A DNA stretch of 64,000 bases from Candidatus Bathyarchaeia archaeon (GTDB lineage: Archaea; Thermoproteota; Bathyarchaeia; 40CM-2-53-6). The notes beneath the pieces are model-generated. The model was not told where the DNA came from. It did no database searches and worked only from the letters and a program-made list of their open reading frames with translations. Positions 27,628-37,088 of this stretch are shown one piece after another (position 1 is the first letter of the stretch; each line of letters begins with the position of its first letter). Made by a program: the position numbers and the translations under genes. The stretch lies in contig JBEKVV010000002.1 in the NCBI GenBank assembly GCA_049513715.1, positions 192,001 through 256,000 on the forward strand, in the 5' to 3' direction.

Positions 27628-28908
27628 CTATTGAGTTGCATGAATCTGGCTATTACCCTGTCTCAATAATACTATCAGGTACGCTATGTTGAGGCCGGTG
27701 AATACGGTTCCCAAGATGAAGTTGGTTCCCAACCTTATTGACCCTATCGACTGGCCTAGTTGAGCTTCGATTTGGATTACCTGAGGATATGTGGGCGAGG
27801 CGAACCTCAACAAGAAATAGTTGTTTGAAACAAGAAAGGCTAAAGCAGTTGCCGTAGAGAGTTTGAACAATTTGTTGCGTTGCGGGTTCCAGAGACTAAC
27901 ATCAAGGATTGAGAGTGCTAGGAGGTAGATTGCGTATTGTTCCGTTACCCGACCTTTGAAGATCAAAAATGCCAAGGTCACGACAAGAAGAGACTGCAGA
28001 ACTCCGTAGTCAGTCTCGAACCTGAACTTCCTGGCAGCGATGATTGTGAAGATGAGTATTGCGGGAATCCAGATTGCGCCTAGGATTTCGGTCGTCCGCG
28101 GCTCTAATGGCGGTATGATTCCTAAGTTTACGAGGTAGGCGAGGCCGTCCCACACTGACATGGAATCGCCACCTTTGTCAATCGTCGACCCGAGCGTCCT
28201 GTCCGCAATTGAAAGAGGCCAACCCATCACGGTGAAAGTCACTAGCGATGCAATCGTGGGTAAAGCGATTGCAACAAGGAGCCCCCGTAGGTTCCTGGAT
28301 TGGCCAACGTTGAGCGGTATCGAGTAGATCGCCGGAATGGACTTGGCGAAGCTTCCAAGTCCAGCCCAGAAGCCCTTCTTGATCTGGCTGGTCGAGGTCA
28401 ATGCGATCATTATGAAACTCATGGCTATTGAGTCAAACATCCCCCAGATTCCTGAGATTATTATCGTGAAAGGGCAGAATGTCCAGAAGCGCAGAACCCA
28501 GATGGAACCACTTGCTTTTCTGGATTTGACGTATGAGTAGAGAAGGTAGGCTAGAGTTATGTCTCCCGCTATTACCGGTTGCTTGAGCAGGAAATAGTAG
28601 ACGAACCTGTTTCCGAACCCCACCACTGAATACATCAGGTAAACCGTCCCAGTAATGATGGGCCAGAAGGGAAGATAGGCGATCGTGGGAGTGTTGTTGA
28701 TGGAGAATGAAGAAGCAAAGCTCAGTCCAGGGGCAGGTGGCAGAGAGCTGTACGGATCTCCCCCGTGGATCATCGCGTAACCTAACCTAACCCACAACTC
28801 AAAATCCGTAGGATGCCCAGTCCAAAACGAAAATGCTTCACGGATGAGTACCCCGAGAAGCAAGCTCAGAAGAACTTCACGTTGGGCAAATCGGCTGCGA
28901 ATATTCAT
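27628..28908 (-). CDS. Multi-pass GT-C-type glycosyltransferase (GT87/PIG-M-like)
   Basis: GHPTDF first loop, AYLPFWP, LKQPVIAGD, WGMFDSI; about 10 TM segments. Confidence 0.7.
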   Translation of the reverse strand: MNIRSRFAQREVLLSLLLGVLIREAFSFWTGHPTDFELWVRLGYAMIHGGDPYSSLPPAPGLSFASSFSINNTPTIAYLPFWPIITGTVYLMYSVVGFGNRFVYYFLLKQPVIAGDITLAYLLYSYVKSRKASGSIWVLRFWTFCPFTIIISGIWGMFDSIAMSFIMIALTSTSQIKKGFWAGLGSFAKSIPAIYSIPLNVGQSRNLRGLLVAIALPTIASLVTFTVMGWPLSIADRTLGSTIDKGGDSMSVWDGLAYLVNLGIIPPLEPRTTEILGAIWIPAILIFTIIAARKFRFETDYGVLQSLLVVTLAFLIFKGRVTEQYAIYLLALSILDVSLWNPQRNKLFKLSTATALAFLVSNNYFLLRFASPTYPQVIQIEAQLGQSIGSIRLGTNFILGTVFTGLNIAYLIVLLRQGNSQIHATQ

Positions 28909-30176
28909 TCAGCAGTAGCCATCCGATGAGCCGAAGCTAGCTTCTGAAACACGAACAAAGACTGGTCGCCGAACCTGTTGAATGGGAAATGGTCGGCTAG
29001 GATTTCTTCCATCTTCTCAAGCGGCAGTCCAACTTTTCTGAATTTCAGATAGTGGTCGCTGAGGTAGGCCGGAGGAAGGAAAGCCGGTAGGCCAATCAGC
29101 GTTTTCAGCTTGAAATGACGCTCAAAATGCTCCGCAAACTCTTTGGGTGGATAGTAGAATGCGGGGATGTCCATTCCGCCCACAGAAACCATTACGGGTT
29201 GATTCTTTCTTGGGGTCATCTTGTCGAATTGTAGGACGGCGGCATGCGAGATGGCTTCACTTAGACAGAACGAATTCCTAACTGAGCAAACGAAATATCC
29301 GCCATCCACTAGCAGCGAGGAAAGTTCCGTAACGAACTTGTCCAGTTCCGGTTCGCAGTTGAGTGCGCCATTGAACGAGTAAACCACGTTCACATTTCGC
29401 TCTCCCAAGAAGTCAGCAACTTGTGATATTTCGGCTGCCCTAACCTTGAATGGTATTATACTTTCAGAGAGTCGTTTCGCTTTTATTTTGAGCTTCAGAA
29501 TGTCTATCATTTTTTCTGAAATGTCCGTTGCCACTATTCTTGCGGCGTGCTTTGATATTTCAACGGTCTCCGCCCCAGTGCCACAGCCGACCTCAACCAA
29601 TGTATCGTCTGGATCGACGTGTTTGAGCAATTCAGTGATTGAGCGTTTTCTAATCCATGTGTTTATGAAGTTATGACCGATTGTGAAATCATATTCTTCC
29701 GAGGCCGAATCGAATGCTTCAACGACTCCTCGGAAGTAGTCCTTATGCTCTACGGACCATTCTGCGAAGGTTGTTGTTGCCTCTCCTTCACCCTTGACTG
29801 CTCCTCTAGTATACGGAGGGGCGTCAGGAGTCATACGTAGACAGATGCCTGGATTCGAGTACCATCCGCGGACGGTCCCTGCGCCGTACTTGGTTGTGAA
29901 TGCTCGGACAGTCTGGGCTCTCTCTTCGAGGCTGGCTTCTCTTGCTCTCACATTGAACATGAAAGAATGTGTCCTCACCTTCGCCTTTCCGTTCTTGAGA
30001 GCGTTCAGGACCCAGTCGCTTCGAGCCGCCCCGCCTATGAGATAGAATGAGCCATCTACGAATGCAAATCGGACTCTCGCTATATGCGGCAGCCGCGTCG
30101 TCCGTCCTTCAGTCAGCACCTTGATTGTCTGCTCTGCAAGTATGGATTGATAGATTTGTGAAACCTGAGTTGCCAT
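28905..30176 (-). CDS. Fusion of an N-terminal deazaflavin-dependent nitroreductase-like (DUF385) domain and a class I SAM methyltransferase
   Basis: N-terminal TEGRTTRLPH...SDWVLNAL...FTTKYG; C-terminal VEVGCGTG, TDISEKMI, YSFNGALN. Confidence 0.72.
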   Translation of the reverse strand: MATQVSQIYQSILAEQTIKVLTEGRTTRLPHIARVRFAFVDGSFYLIGGAARSDWVLNALKNGKAKVRTHSFMFNVRAREASLEERAQTVRAFTTKYGAGTVRGWYSNPGICLRMTPDAPPYTRGAVKGEGEATTTFAEWSVEHKDYFRGVVEAFDSASEEYDFTIGHNFINTWIRKRSITELLKHVDPDDTLVEVGCGTGAETVEISKHAARIVATDISEKMIDILKLKIKAKRLSESIIPFKVRAAEISQVADFLGERNVNVVYSFNGALNCEPELDKFVTELSSLLVDGGYFVCSVRNSFCLSEAISHAAVLQFDKMTPRKNQPVMVSVGGMDIPAFYYPPKEFAEHFERHFKLKTLIGLPAFLPPAYLSDHYLKFRKVGLPLEKMEEILADHFPFNRFGDQSLFVFQKLASAHRMATAE

Positions 30177-30218
30177 TTCAACTCATCTCCATCCGAACTG
30201 GATCAATTCGAGAGAGCA

Positions 30219-31181
30219 TCAAGACTTGCTCCCAAACCTGGTCCACAGCTTGTGGCGATTCGTTGAATTCAATGTATCAACTAACGCTAGAAATGTTGAA
30301 ACTGCCTCACTCATTATTGCCGCTGGCAAAGCCAGCACCAATTCGGGAGAACGCGCCAGTGTTCTGATCAAGATGGAGAGACTAAGAAGAGGATTTGTGA
30401 TGAGCATGGATTCCAGTGTTCTTGGTGGTTGTCCGACGGATTCCCAGATTTGGCGATGACCAAACAATATTCTTCTTCGCTGCTCTATCACGTCAACCAT
30501 GTGTTGGGGTACATCGATGTGGACCTTAGCAGATTCGCAGAACTTCACTGAGTATCCACCACGCGTTGAAATCGCCGCCATGTATGCCCCATCATTAACG
30601 GTTTCTGCTGGTAGCTTCTGAAGCGCTTCAGACCGAATTACGAGAAGTTCATCACAGCAATGATTGTTCGTGTTGTCGCGTGTGAGCTCTTCGAGACATT
30701 GATTGTGTGCCGCCCACATCAACCGTAGCACTCCTTGGGTTAGGCCACCCTTCGGGGTGACCAATGGAGAAGCTGAAATCATGCCCGCCGTAACGTCTTT
30801 CCCAATACTAGTCAACAGCTTTGAAATCGCTCCTTGCTCCGGCAGCGCGTCTGAATTTACAAGGACGAGAAATGAACCCTCAAAGGAGTCGATAATTCGA
30901 TTGATAGCCTCAGCCTTGCCGCGCCTCTCCGGTTCCTCAATAATCGTGAAGCGACCATCTCCCTCGGCCAATTCACGAGCGAGCATGAGCGAATTCGGGT
31001 CGCAGCCGCTGGCGACAAGAATGATTTTTCTGAGATTGTATCCCTCTGGGATCGGCTCACGCATTATTGCCGCCAGCAGATTGTTAAGGTTAGTCGCTTG
31101 GTCCGCGGCGCATATTCCTATTGAGAAGTCATTTCGTGACTCGGTGCTAGACTTTGTTGGCACGGTTAGGAGGGTCGCCAT
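30219..31181 (-). CDS. Family 2 glycosyltransferase
   Basis: RRGKAEAIN, VNSDA (DxD-like), NDG and QRRRI (QxxRW-like) motifs. Confidence 0.85.
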   Translation of the reverse strand: MATLLTVPTKSSTESRNDFSIGICAADQATNLNNLLAAIMREPIPEGYNLRKIILVASGCDPNSLMLARELAEGDGRFTIIEEPERRGKAEAINRIIDSFEGSFLVLVNSDALPEQGAISKLLTSIGKDVTAGMISASPLVTPKGGLTQGVLRLMWAAHNQCLEELTRDNTNNHCCDELLVIRSEALQKLPAETVNDGAYMAAISTRGGYSVKFCESAKVHIDVPQHMVDVIEQRRRILFGHRQIWESVGQPPRTLESMLITNPLLSLSILIRTLARSPELVLALPAAIMSEAVSTFLALVDTLNSTNRHKLWTRFGSKS

Positions 31182-31217
31182 TTTCTTGCTAGCACCACGC
31201 CTTGTCGTGTTTCATGG

Positions 31218-32186
31218 TTATTGGCCCCAGAGGGAATACAGCCATTCGTAAAAGTTGGAGGTGTATACGCATGATATTCGACTGAGCTTAGGTTTGAAGA
31301 CTCGATTGTTTCGGCCTTCCGACTTCAGTCTTAGGTTGGTCAAGTATGCTCGGAGGTGAAGGTAGCGGCTTAGGAACGTGAATGCAAGTCCCTCTGCCCA
31401 GTCCAGAAGGATCTCAAGTCCTGTGTAGCCTCCTTCCCTGTGGGACACTCCATCGATGCCATTTTTCTCGAATTCTGACAGTTTCTCATAGTACGGTGCT
31501 GTATAGATTCTCTTGATCCAAGCGTATTGCAGAAGTAGTCTTCTGTAATGGTCCTTTCCGGCGACTGGTTTGGCTTTGAGTACTTCTCGCGCGAAGAGCG
31601 GGCTGTACATGTTTCTTGACTCCTCTCCTGCGATTCCGAGTTCATCGTGAACATAGCTCAAGCAGAATTGTGATAGGTATGCTGGCCGAAGGCGGAACAG
31701 CTTGGTCAGCCTAACGTAGACGAGCATCATGAGCGCCGAGATCCAAAGTCGTTTTCGCTTTGTGACGATGAAAAGGTCTATGTCGTCCCATTTCTCAGCG
31801 CTTCCGTAGGCAACGCTGCCTGTCACGGCGATGGTCTCTATGAAGGGAATCCCTTTAGACAGGATTGCTGCGAAGTTCTTGGCGGAGTTGAGCTTTGCCG
31901 AGGACATTCGTTCTCTCTCCACCCGTTCCAACAATGACTGGCCATGGTGTGTAAGCAGGTACCCACCACTGGCTTGGAACGGGATGTTCGCGAATCTTTT
32001 CAAAGTCAGCAATTGTTGGAGTTGCGAACCTGAGATATTCATTGCGGGGAGAAAATAGTCTGCGACCTCGTTCGCCGTGAAGGGGAAGTCGAGATATGAG
32101 GAGACCTGGTAGACTTTCCTAAGGTCTGAGTGCAGTTTCTCCATATCGACGCGTTCAGGCATCGATAATGTTCTCTGCAACTCCAC
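31218..32186 (-). CDS. Pol-beta-superfamily nucleotidyltransferase domain protein
   Basis: AVTGSVAYGSAEKWDDIDLFIV (GS...DxD) motif. Confidence 0.78.
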   Translation of the reverse strand: MELQRTLSMPERVDMEKLHSDLRKVYQVSSYLDFPFTANEVADYFLPAMNISGSQLQQLLTLKRFANIPFQASGGYLLTHHGQSLLERVERERMSSAKLNSAKNFAAILSKGIPFIETIAVTGSVAYGSAEKWDDIDLFIVTKRKRLWISALMMLVYVRLTKLFRLRPAYLSQFCLSYVHDELGIAGEESRNMYSPLFAREVLKAKPVAGKDHYRRLLLQYAWIKRIYTAPYYEKLSEFEKNGIDGVSHREGGYTGLEILLDWAEGLAFTFLSRYLHLRAYLTNLRLKSEGRNNRVFKPKLSRISCVYTSNFYEWLYSLWGQ

Positions 32187-32350
32187 TAATCCCTCTCATT
32201 GGCCAAGTCGGTTGCGGCTACCCTGTTGCTACATAAAAAAGTTACTACAAACGTAGTAGCTACCAATGTTACTGCGGAAATACAAAAGCCGCCCACAGCA
32301 GGCATGGACGACTGTGTTAACGGGCAAGAGTATACTCATCTGGTTTGGTG

Positions 32351-33325
32351 TTACGGGCTTTCGTAGTAAACTCCGCAATGTTCGCAGTGCCAGTCAGCTC
32401 CTTTGGGTTCATAGATCATGGGCCGGAAACAGATCGGGCATATTGCGCCGTTTAGAACCCGTAAGGGGCGTAGGTGTGGCGGTGCTCGGCGTTTCAAAAT
32501 CTGGCCTAATGGAAGTTGGATTGGCGTTGCAGCATACTTGTAGACGAAGAACGCAGCAGCGAGAGACAAGGGGATCGTTATTACTCCGACAATGATCGAT
32601 CGATTCCAACCGACATCGACGGCAGAATTTGTCGTGACGATTGAGCTGGCGCTCCGTGAATCAATGTGGTTTCCGTCACCTTGCCAAGAAGCCGCCACAG
32701 TCCAAGTGCCCGTTTGGGATGGGAGTAGAAGGAACCTGAAGCTTCCATTCGAGTAGGCCTGTAAGGTGCTGATGGATCTTGTGAGGTTAGGTGAGGTTAT
32801 CGTGATGGTCACGATCGCCTCAGGCACGGCTGGTGAAATCGTCCCAATAAACGTGACAGCAGTGCCCACTGTGGAATTGACGCGTAGCGGGAAGAGTGAG
32901 ATTGTTGTACCTTCCTTTGCTACGACGATCTCAAGCGAGGAGGCTGCGGGGGCGTGGGTACCGTCGCCGTTCCAAACGACGGATACGTTGTAGGAGTCTG
33001 CCGCGGCAGGGATCCAAAGGTACGAGAACGTGCCGTTCTCTGCGGACACTGTTTGGTTGATGGTGGGGAATTGTGATTGGATCAAAATGAAGATGCTCAC
33101 CCGCGCTGTGATGTTGATGGTTCCGAAGAGTGTGACCGAATCGCCGAAGGCGGGGGTGGGTGCTGTGGCTTGTAATATGAGTCGTGTTCCTAGCTTCTTG
33201 GAAGGTTCTGAGTGAACAGTGACTTTGGCTGTGGTTGTAGGAACCGCGAAGCCCAGAACCACGAACGCGGAAATTAGTAGTAGAGCGAGTGACACCGCTC
33301 GTGCAGAGGGCACGGCGAACAACAT
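32351..33325 (-). CDS. Single-pass membrane protein with Ig-like extracellular repeats and a cytoplasmic zinc ribbon
   Basis: Signal peptide, two Ig-like repeats (WNGDGTH, WQGDGNH), TM, then CPIC...CEHC. Confidence 0.75.
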   Translation of the reverse strand: MLFAVPSARAVSLALLLISAFVVLGFAVPTTTAKVTVHSEPSKKLGTRLILQATAPTPAFGDSVTLFGTINITARVSIFILIQSQFPTINQTVSAENGTFSYLWIPAAADSYNVSVVWNGDGTHAPAASSLEIVVAKEGTTISLFPLRVNSTVGTAVTFIGTISPAVPEAIVTITITSPNLTRSISTLQAYSNGSFRFLLLPSQTGTWTVAASWQGDGNHIDSRSASSIVTTNSAVDVGWNRSIIVGVITIPLSLAAAFFVYKYAATPIQLPLGQILKRRAPPHLRPLRVLNGAICPICFRPMIYEPKGADWHCEHCGVYYESP

Positions 33326-33389
33326 CCAATTTGCTCATGAAAGCGGGACGAGTTTCTTAATGCTTTCCGAGGCTTTTCCAGTGGCGTTT

Positions 33390-34259
33390 CTACGTAGGCT
33401 TGAGGCAGGTGGGACACAACGCCAGAATTTGATACGCTGCGTACATGAAGGCCAACCCCAAAACAACTGCGAACGGGAGTCCTGGGAACATGTCACGGCC
33501 CTCGAGCATCTTGAATCCTAAGTAAGCTCCAAGAATGAGGCCGATTCCCGCGGCAACGAACGGGATCAAGCCGAAGCTGATCATTGCGTTGCTCGCCAAC
33601 ATAGAGTAGAAGACCATGTCCCCCATGCCAACGGTCAAGTCGCCGTATGTGAAGACGGCCCCTGTGAATTCCTCTAGGTCGGTTGATTGGGCCATTTTTC
33701 CGATGGGGCCTTTGTACACTGCGAATAGGTCGTACGCTGCCAGCGCCAGCAAGAGCGCGATCGCTGTAAGTGTTGGTATGGATACGCCGAGGAATGTTCC
33801 GGTCATGCCCCCGATGAGAACTATCGCGACTAGGTGCAATGGTCCTTTGGTTTTGTAGATTGCAAGACCTAGGGCGATGGCTCCGAGCAGGCTTATGAGG
33901 AGCCAGAGCCACCCCGTCGGATCCAAGACGGCAGGCAAGTAATCGGCGTATAGGCTTCCATACCAAGTGAAGAGGAAGAACAACAGCGCGAACATGGCGA
34001 TGTTGATGAGATACCGAACCACGCGTTTCAGTCCGAATCTTATGAGGAGGTACATCAGAGTCCCAGCGGCCGCCATCAATACGACAAAGATCCCTGCGTT
34101 CAACGTAATTCCACCAGGCGTTTCTGGGAACACCGTGATCGGTGTAATGGAGGCGTTAGAAGCACGAAGACTGAAAGTCAGCGCGCCAGCCAAAATGACC
34201 GCACATATTTCCGGGAGCAATTGCCCCGGCTTTGCTTTGAACTCTTTATCCTTACTCAT
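33390..34259 (-). CDS. Presenilin/signal peptide peptidase family intramembrane aspartyl protease
   Basis: AYDLFAV (YD), GMGD (GxGD) and PGLP (PAL-like) motifs; multiple TMs. Confidence 0.88.
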   Translation of the reverse strand: MSKDKEFKAKPGQLLPEICAVILAGALTFSLRASNASITPITVFPETPGGITLNAGIFVVLMAAAGTLMYLLIRFGLKRVVRYLINIAMFALLFFLFTWYGSLYADYLPAVLDPTGWLWLLISLLGAIALGLAIYKTKGPLHLVAIVLIGGMTGTFLGVSIPTLTAIALLLALAAYDLFAVYKGPIGKMAQSTDLEEFTGAVFTYGDLTVGMGDMVFYSMLASNAMISFGLIPFVAAGIGLILGAYLGFKMLEGRDMFPGLPFAVVLGLAFMYAAYQILALCPTCLKPT

Positions 34260-34800
34260 TCCTTAACTCCACCAATGCTTGCTGACATTTTCCGCATAGA
34301 CTAGAACCTTTCATGTCCGTGTCTTCCAAAGATTCAGACAAATGCATTACGCACAACTCATCTTGGCAGTGGTTTAGCCCTAGCGTGTGCCCTACCTCAT
34401 GGACAGCTTCCTTCACCATGCGTTCTGCATACAGACTATGCGTCTCCGAGCCTGTTGCCTTCAGTCTGTGAGTTGAAATCACACCCACGCGTCCGGCCAG
34501 TCTAGCTTCACCGAAAACGAAGTTCATCCCTGGGGCATAGATGTCATAATCAGTAATTGCCAATAAGCGACATACTTGGGTCGATTGGATATGTTTCTCA
34601 AGCAGTGCTAGAATTCTTGTGGAGTGATATTGAATTCTCCTTGAGTCGAAGGCTTCAGCGATATCCAAGAATGGCGGAAGTGTCTCCACTTCAAACCAGG
34701 GATACTTGGACTGTAGGGGATCCATGAGGGCATCTAGAGAATGGTCGGAGCTGTCACCTACTTGCAGTAGGCCCAGTGACTCAGACGTCGTAAGTTTCAC
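34252..34800 (-). CDS. amzA: Archaemetzincin zinc protease
   Basis: MNFVFGEA, KEAVHEVGHTLGLNHC...CVM...CGKC. Confidence 0.92.
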   Translation of the reverse strand: MKLTTSESLGLLQVGDSSDHSLDALMDPLQSKYPWFEVETLPPFLDIAEAFDSRRIQYHSTRILALLEKHIQSTQVCRLLAITDYDIYAPGMNFVFGEARLAGRVGVISTHRLKATGSETHSLYAERMVKEAVHEVGHTLGLNHCQDELCVMHLSESLEDTDMKGSSLCGKCQQALVELRNE

Positions 34801-36040
34801 CAGGCCGAGGAGTCGTTGTCTTCAACCCAAGCTCATTCGTCGCCCAGTCGGCCAGGAGCTTGCAGTTTGCTTCCTCGCCGTGGATTACGAACACGTGTGT
34901 TGTTTTGTCTAGCTCCTTCAGGGTCTCGTGGAGTTGGGTTTTTCCGCCGTGTGAGGAGAAATCGTATTTTTCGACTCTGGCTTTGACTTTCTGTGCTTTG
35001 CCGTGCAGTATGAAATGCCCTTCGTCCAGAAGGATTCTGCCTGGCGATCCTGGGACTTGGTAGCTGACCAAGAATATGCCATTGCCTTCATTGAGTGCTA
35101 TGTTTTCCATGTAGAAGACGGATGCTCCCCCCTTGAGCATTCCCGCTGGCGATACTATCACTCCTGCGGTGCGAGCTGCTCGCCTTCGGCCATGCCAGTT
35201 AGTTATTTGCTCGGCCTCCCGCATGGCCCTCTCGAACTGTTCGCCATTCCTCAGCGAGTTCGGATACTCCTCAAGCATTCTGATCGCATCCAACGCCATA
35301 CCGTCGACGAAGACAGGGTGAGCGAAGTTGTTGTCGGCGAGCATGCAAATGATTTCTTGTGAACGCCCTACACCGAAGGCTGGGACAAGCACAGTGCCTC
35401 CACGCTCGACCACCTCATTGCAGGCAAGAACGAAATTGTGCTCCGATGTCGCTCTATCAGGGTGGTCTTCTGCCGCATATGTGCTCTCGATGACTATTGC
35501 ATCCAGATTCTTGTAGGCCCTATCGGCGCCCGTAACTAGGTGTGTGGGAACGAGGTTGAAGTCGCCCGTATAGAGAGCACGTTTTCCATCAGACTCGACG
35601 ATTACCTGGGCGCTGCCCGGTATGTGGCCGGCGTTCACCAATGTGACTTTCATGTCGCCGACCTTGAACTCCGAATGGTAATCGGTCGGGACGACGTGGC
35701 TGAGCATGCTTTCGAGGTCGATGTATTCGAATGGCAGGTAGTAACCACTCAGTTTGATCATGTCGCGGATGAGGACTTTGGTAAGTGCGAAGGTGGGTTC
35801 AACACCGTAGAGGGGCAGCTTTGATGTGTGAACATAGAAGAGTGGAATCAGGCCGCTGTGGTCGAGGTGTGCATGTGTTAGCACAACCGCGTTCAAGTCT
35901 CTTGGTGAGATGTGAACGGGAAAACCTACGTCGTGATTTATCATCACGCCATAATCCATGAGGATTTGGGTGCGCTGAGTCTTTGCAGCGATGCCGGACC
36001 TACCGACCTCTTGACATGCTCCAAGGAACCGTAATTGCAT
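34781..36040 (-). CDS. beta-CASP metallo-beta-lactamase ribonuclease (aCPSF2-like, no KH domains)
   Basis: GACQEVGRS, THAHLDHSG, AGHIPGSA, YTGD, ESTY, FSSH and HGE. Confidence 0.9.
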   Translation of the reverse strand: MQLRFLGACQEVGRSGIAAKTQRTQILMDYGVMINHDVGFPVHISPRDLNAVVLTHAHLDHSGLIPLFYVHTSKLPLYGVEPTFALTKVLIRDMIKLSGYYLPFEYIDLESMLSHVVPTDYHSEFKVGDMKVTLVNAGHIPGSAQVIVESDGKRALYTGDFNLVPTHLVTGADRAYKNLDAIVIESTYAAEDHPDRATSEHNFVLACNEVVERGGTVLVPAFGVGRSQEIICMLADNNFAHPVFVDGMALDAIRMLEEYPNSLRNGEQFERAMREAEQITNWHGRRRAARTAGVIVSPAGMLKGGASVFYMENIALNEGNGIFLVSYQVPGSPGRILLDEGHFILHGKAQKVKARVEKYDFSSHGGKTQLHETLKELDKTTHVFVIHGEEANCKLLADWATNELGLKTTTPRPGETYDV

Positions 36041-36118
36041 CAGTAATCAGCTAATCTCTAATCTCTTTGTGTTTTGTTGCTGGGACCTTCCAGCTTCGAA
36101 AGAGGGACTGATCTAGGG

Positions 36119-36826
36119 TCAACCGTACATGCCGCGCAGTGAACGCGCAGTCTGCTGAAGCCGTTTGTCAATTTCCCCCTCAATATCCTTAGCGTCATAT
36201 TCCAAGTCTCTCACGTCAACCTTAAGCCCATAAGCTTTAGACACGGTTCTGATTGCAGTTGCAGCCGCTTTCGGATCAGCGTGATTCGCCGAGGCGTAGG
36301 GCAAAATAGCGACCGCTGGAAAGTTGCGCTTCTCGAATTCGCCAAGCATAACTGCGAGCGGTCCGTATACGAATAGGCCTGCCTCAAGCGTCGAATGTTT
36401 GATTTTCTTCTTTTTCACAGAGTAGACGCTGGTTGAGACAACTCTAACCCCATCCCGTCCTGATTGCAGGCTTGCGTCCAGGCCACCGATTAGAACGGCG
36501 TCTTTGAACTTGTTATCCATTACCCAATGGGCCACAGTCTTCGCAAATTCAGATTCCTCCGCTCTGTGTGGCGAGAATTCGAGTTTGAGCAAGACGAAAT
36601 TCTTTGCTTGGTAGACTTCGAATGGTGTTACCAATCCTTCTTCGGAGGTTGCAATGAAAGGGGGTGGGTGAGCTACATCAACGAATCCTATTCTTTTGGC
36701 ATTTAGGGAGTGTACGAGATATGAGACGGCGATATACCCTGTTTCACCAACGCCGTGAAAGCCTGTGATCAGCGTTGAGTTGCGCAGGTTGGTTGCGCGA
36801 ACTAGGAAGTTGACGGGCAAATGCAA
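36119..36826 (-). CDS. PAC2 family proteasome assembly chaperone
   Basis: LITGFHGVGETGYIA, LIGGLD, DPKAAA and a C-terminal MYG (HbYX-like) tail. Confidence 0.85.
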   Translation of the reverse strand: MHLPVNFLVRATNLRNSTLITGFHGVGETGYIAVSYLVHSLNAKRIGFVDVAHPPPFIATSEEGLVTPFEVYQAKNFVLLKLEFSPHRAEESEFAKTVAHWVMDNKFKDAVLIGGLDASLQSGRDGVRVVSTSVYSVKKKKIKHSTLEAGLFVYGPLAVMLGEFEKRNFPAVAILPYASANHADPKAAATAIRTVSKAYGLKVDVRDLEYDAKDIEGEIDKRLQQTARSLRGMYG

Positions 36827-37088
36827 TTTTCCTCAAGCTACTTTGGAGAAGTTCACAGAACTTGTGTCGCGGACGAATGGTTGGCGCAGTATAATAACTT
36901 CGCTAGGCCCATTCCAAACGAAACGTAATCTCTTGAACGCCGAAGGTGGATTATTTTAGACCGTGACATTCGTTTTTCCGCGATATAGAGGTCTTGTTCG
37001 CCGCAGGTGTCCTTTCCGGGCGCGCTTAGAATAATGCTTATTTAAGCGGCGGTTAGATGCAAAGGGAATTACTTGAGGTAACAAAAAA

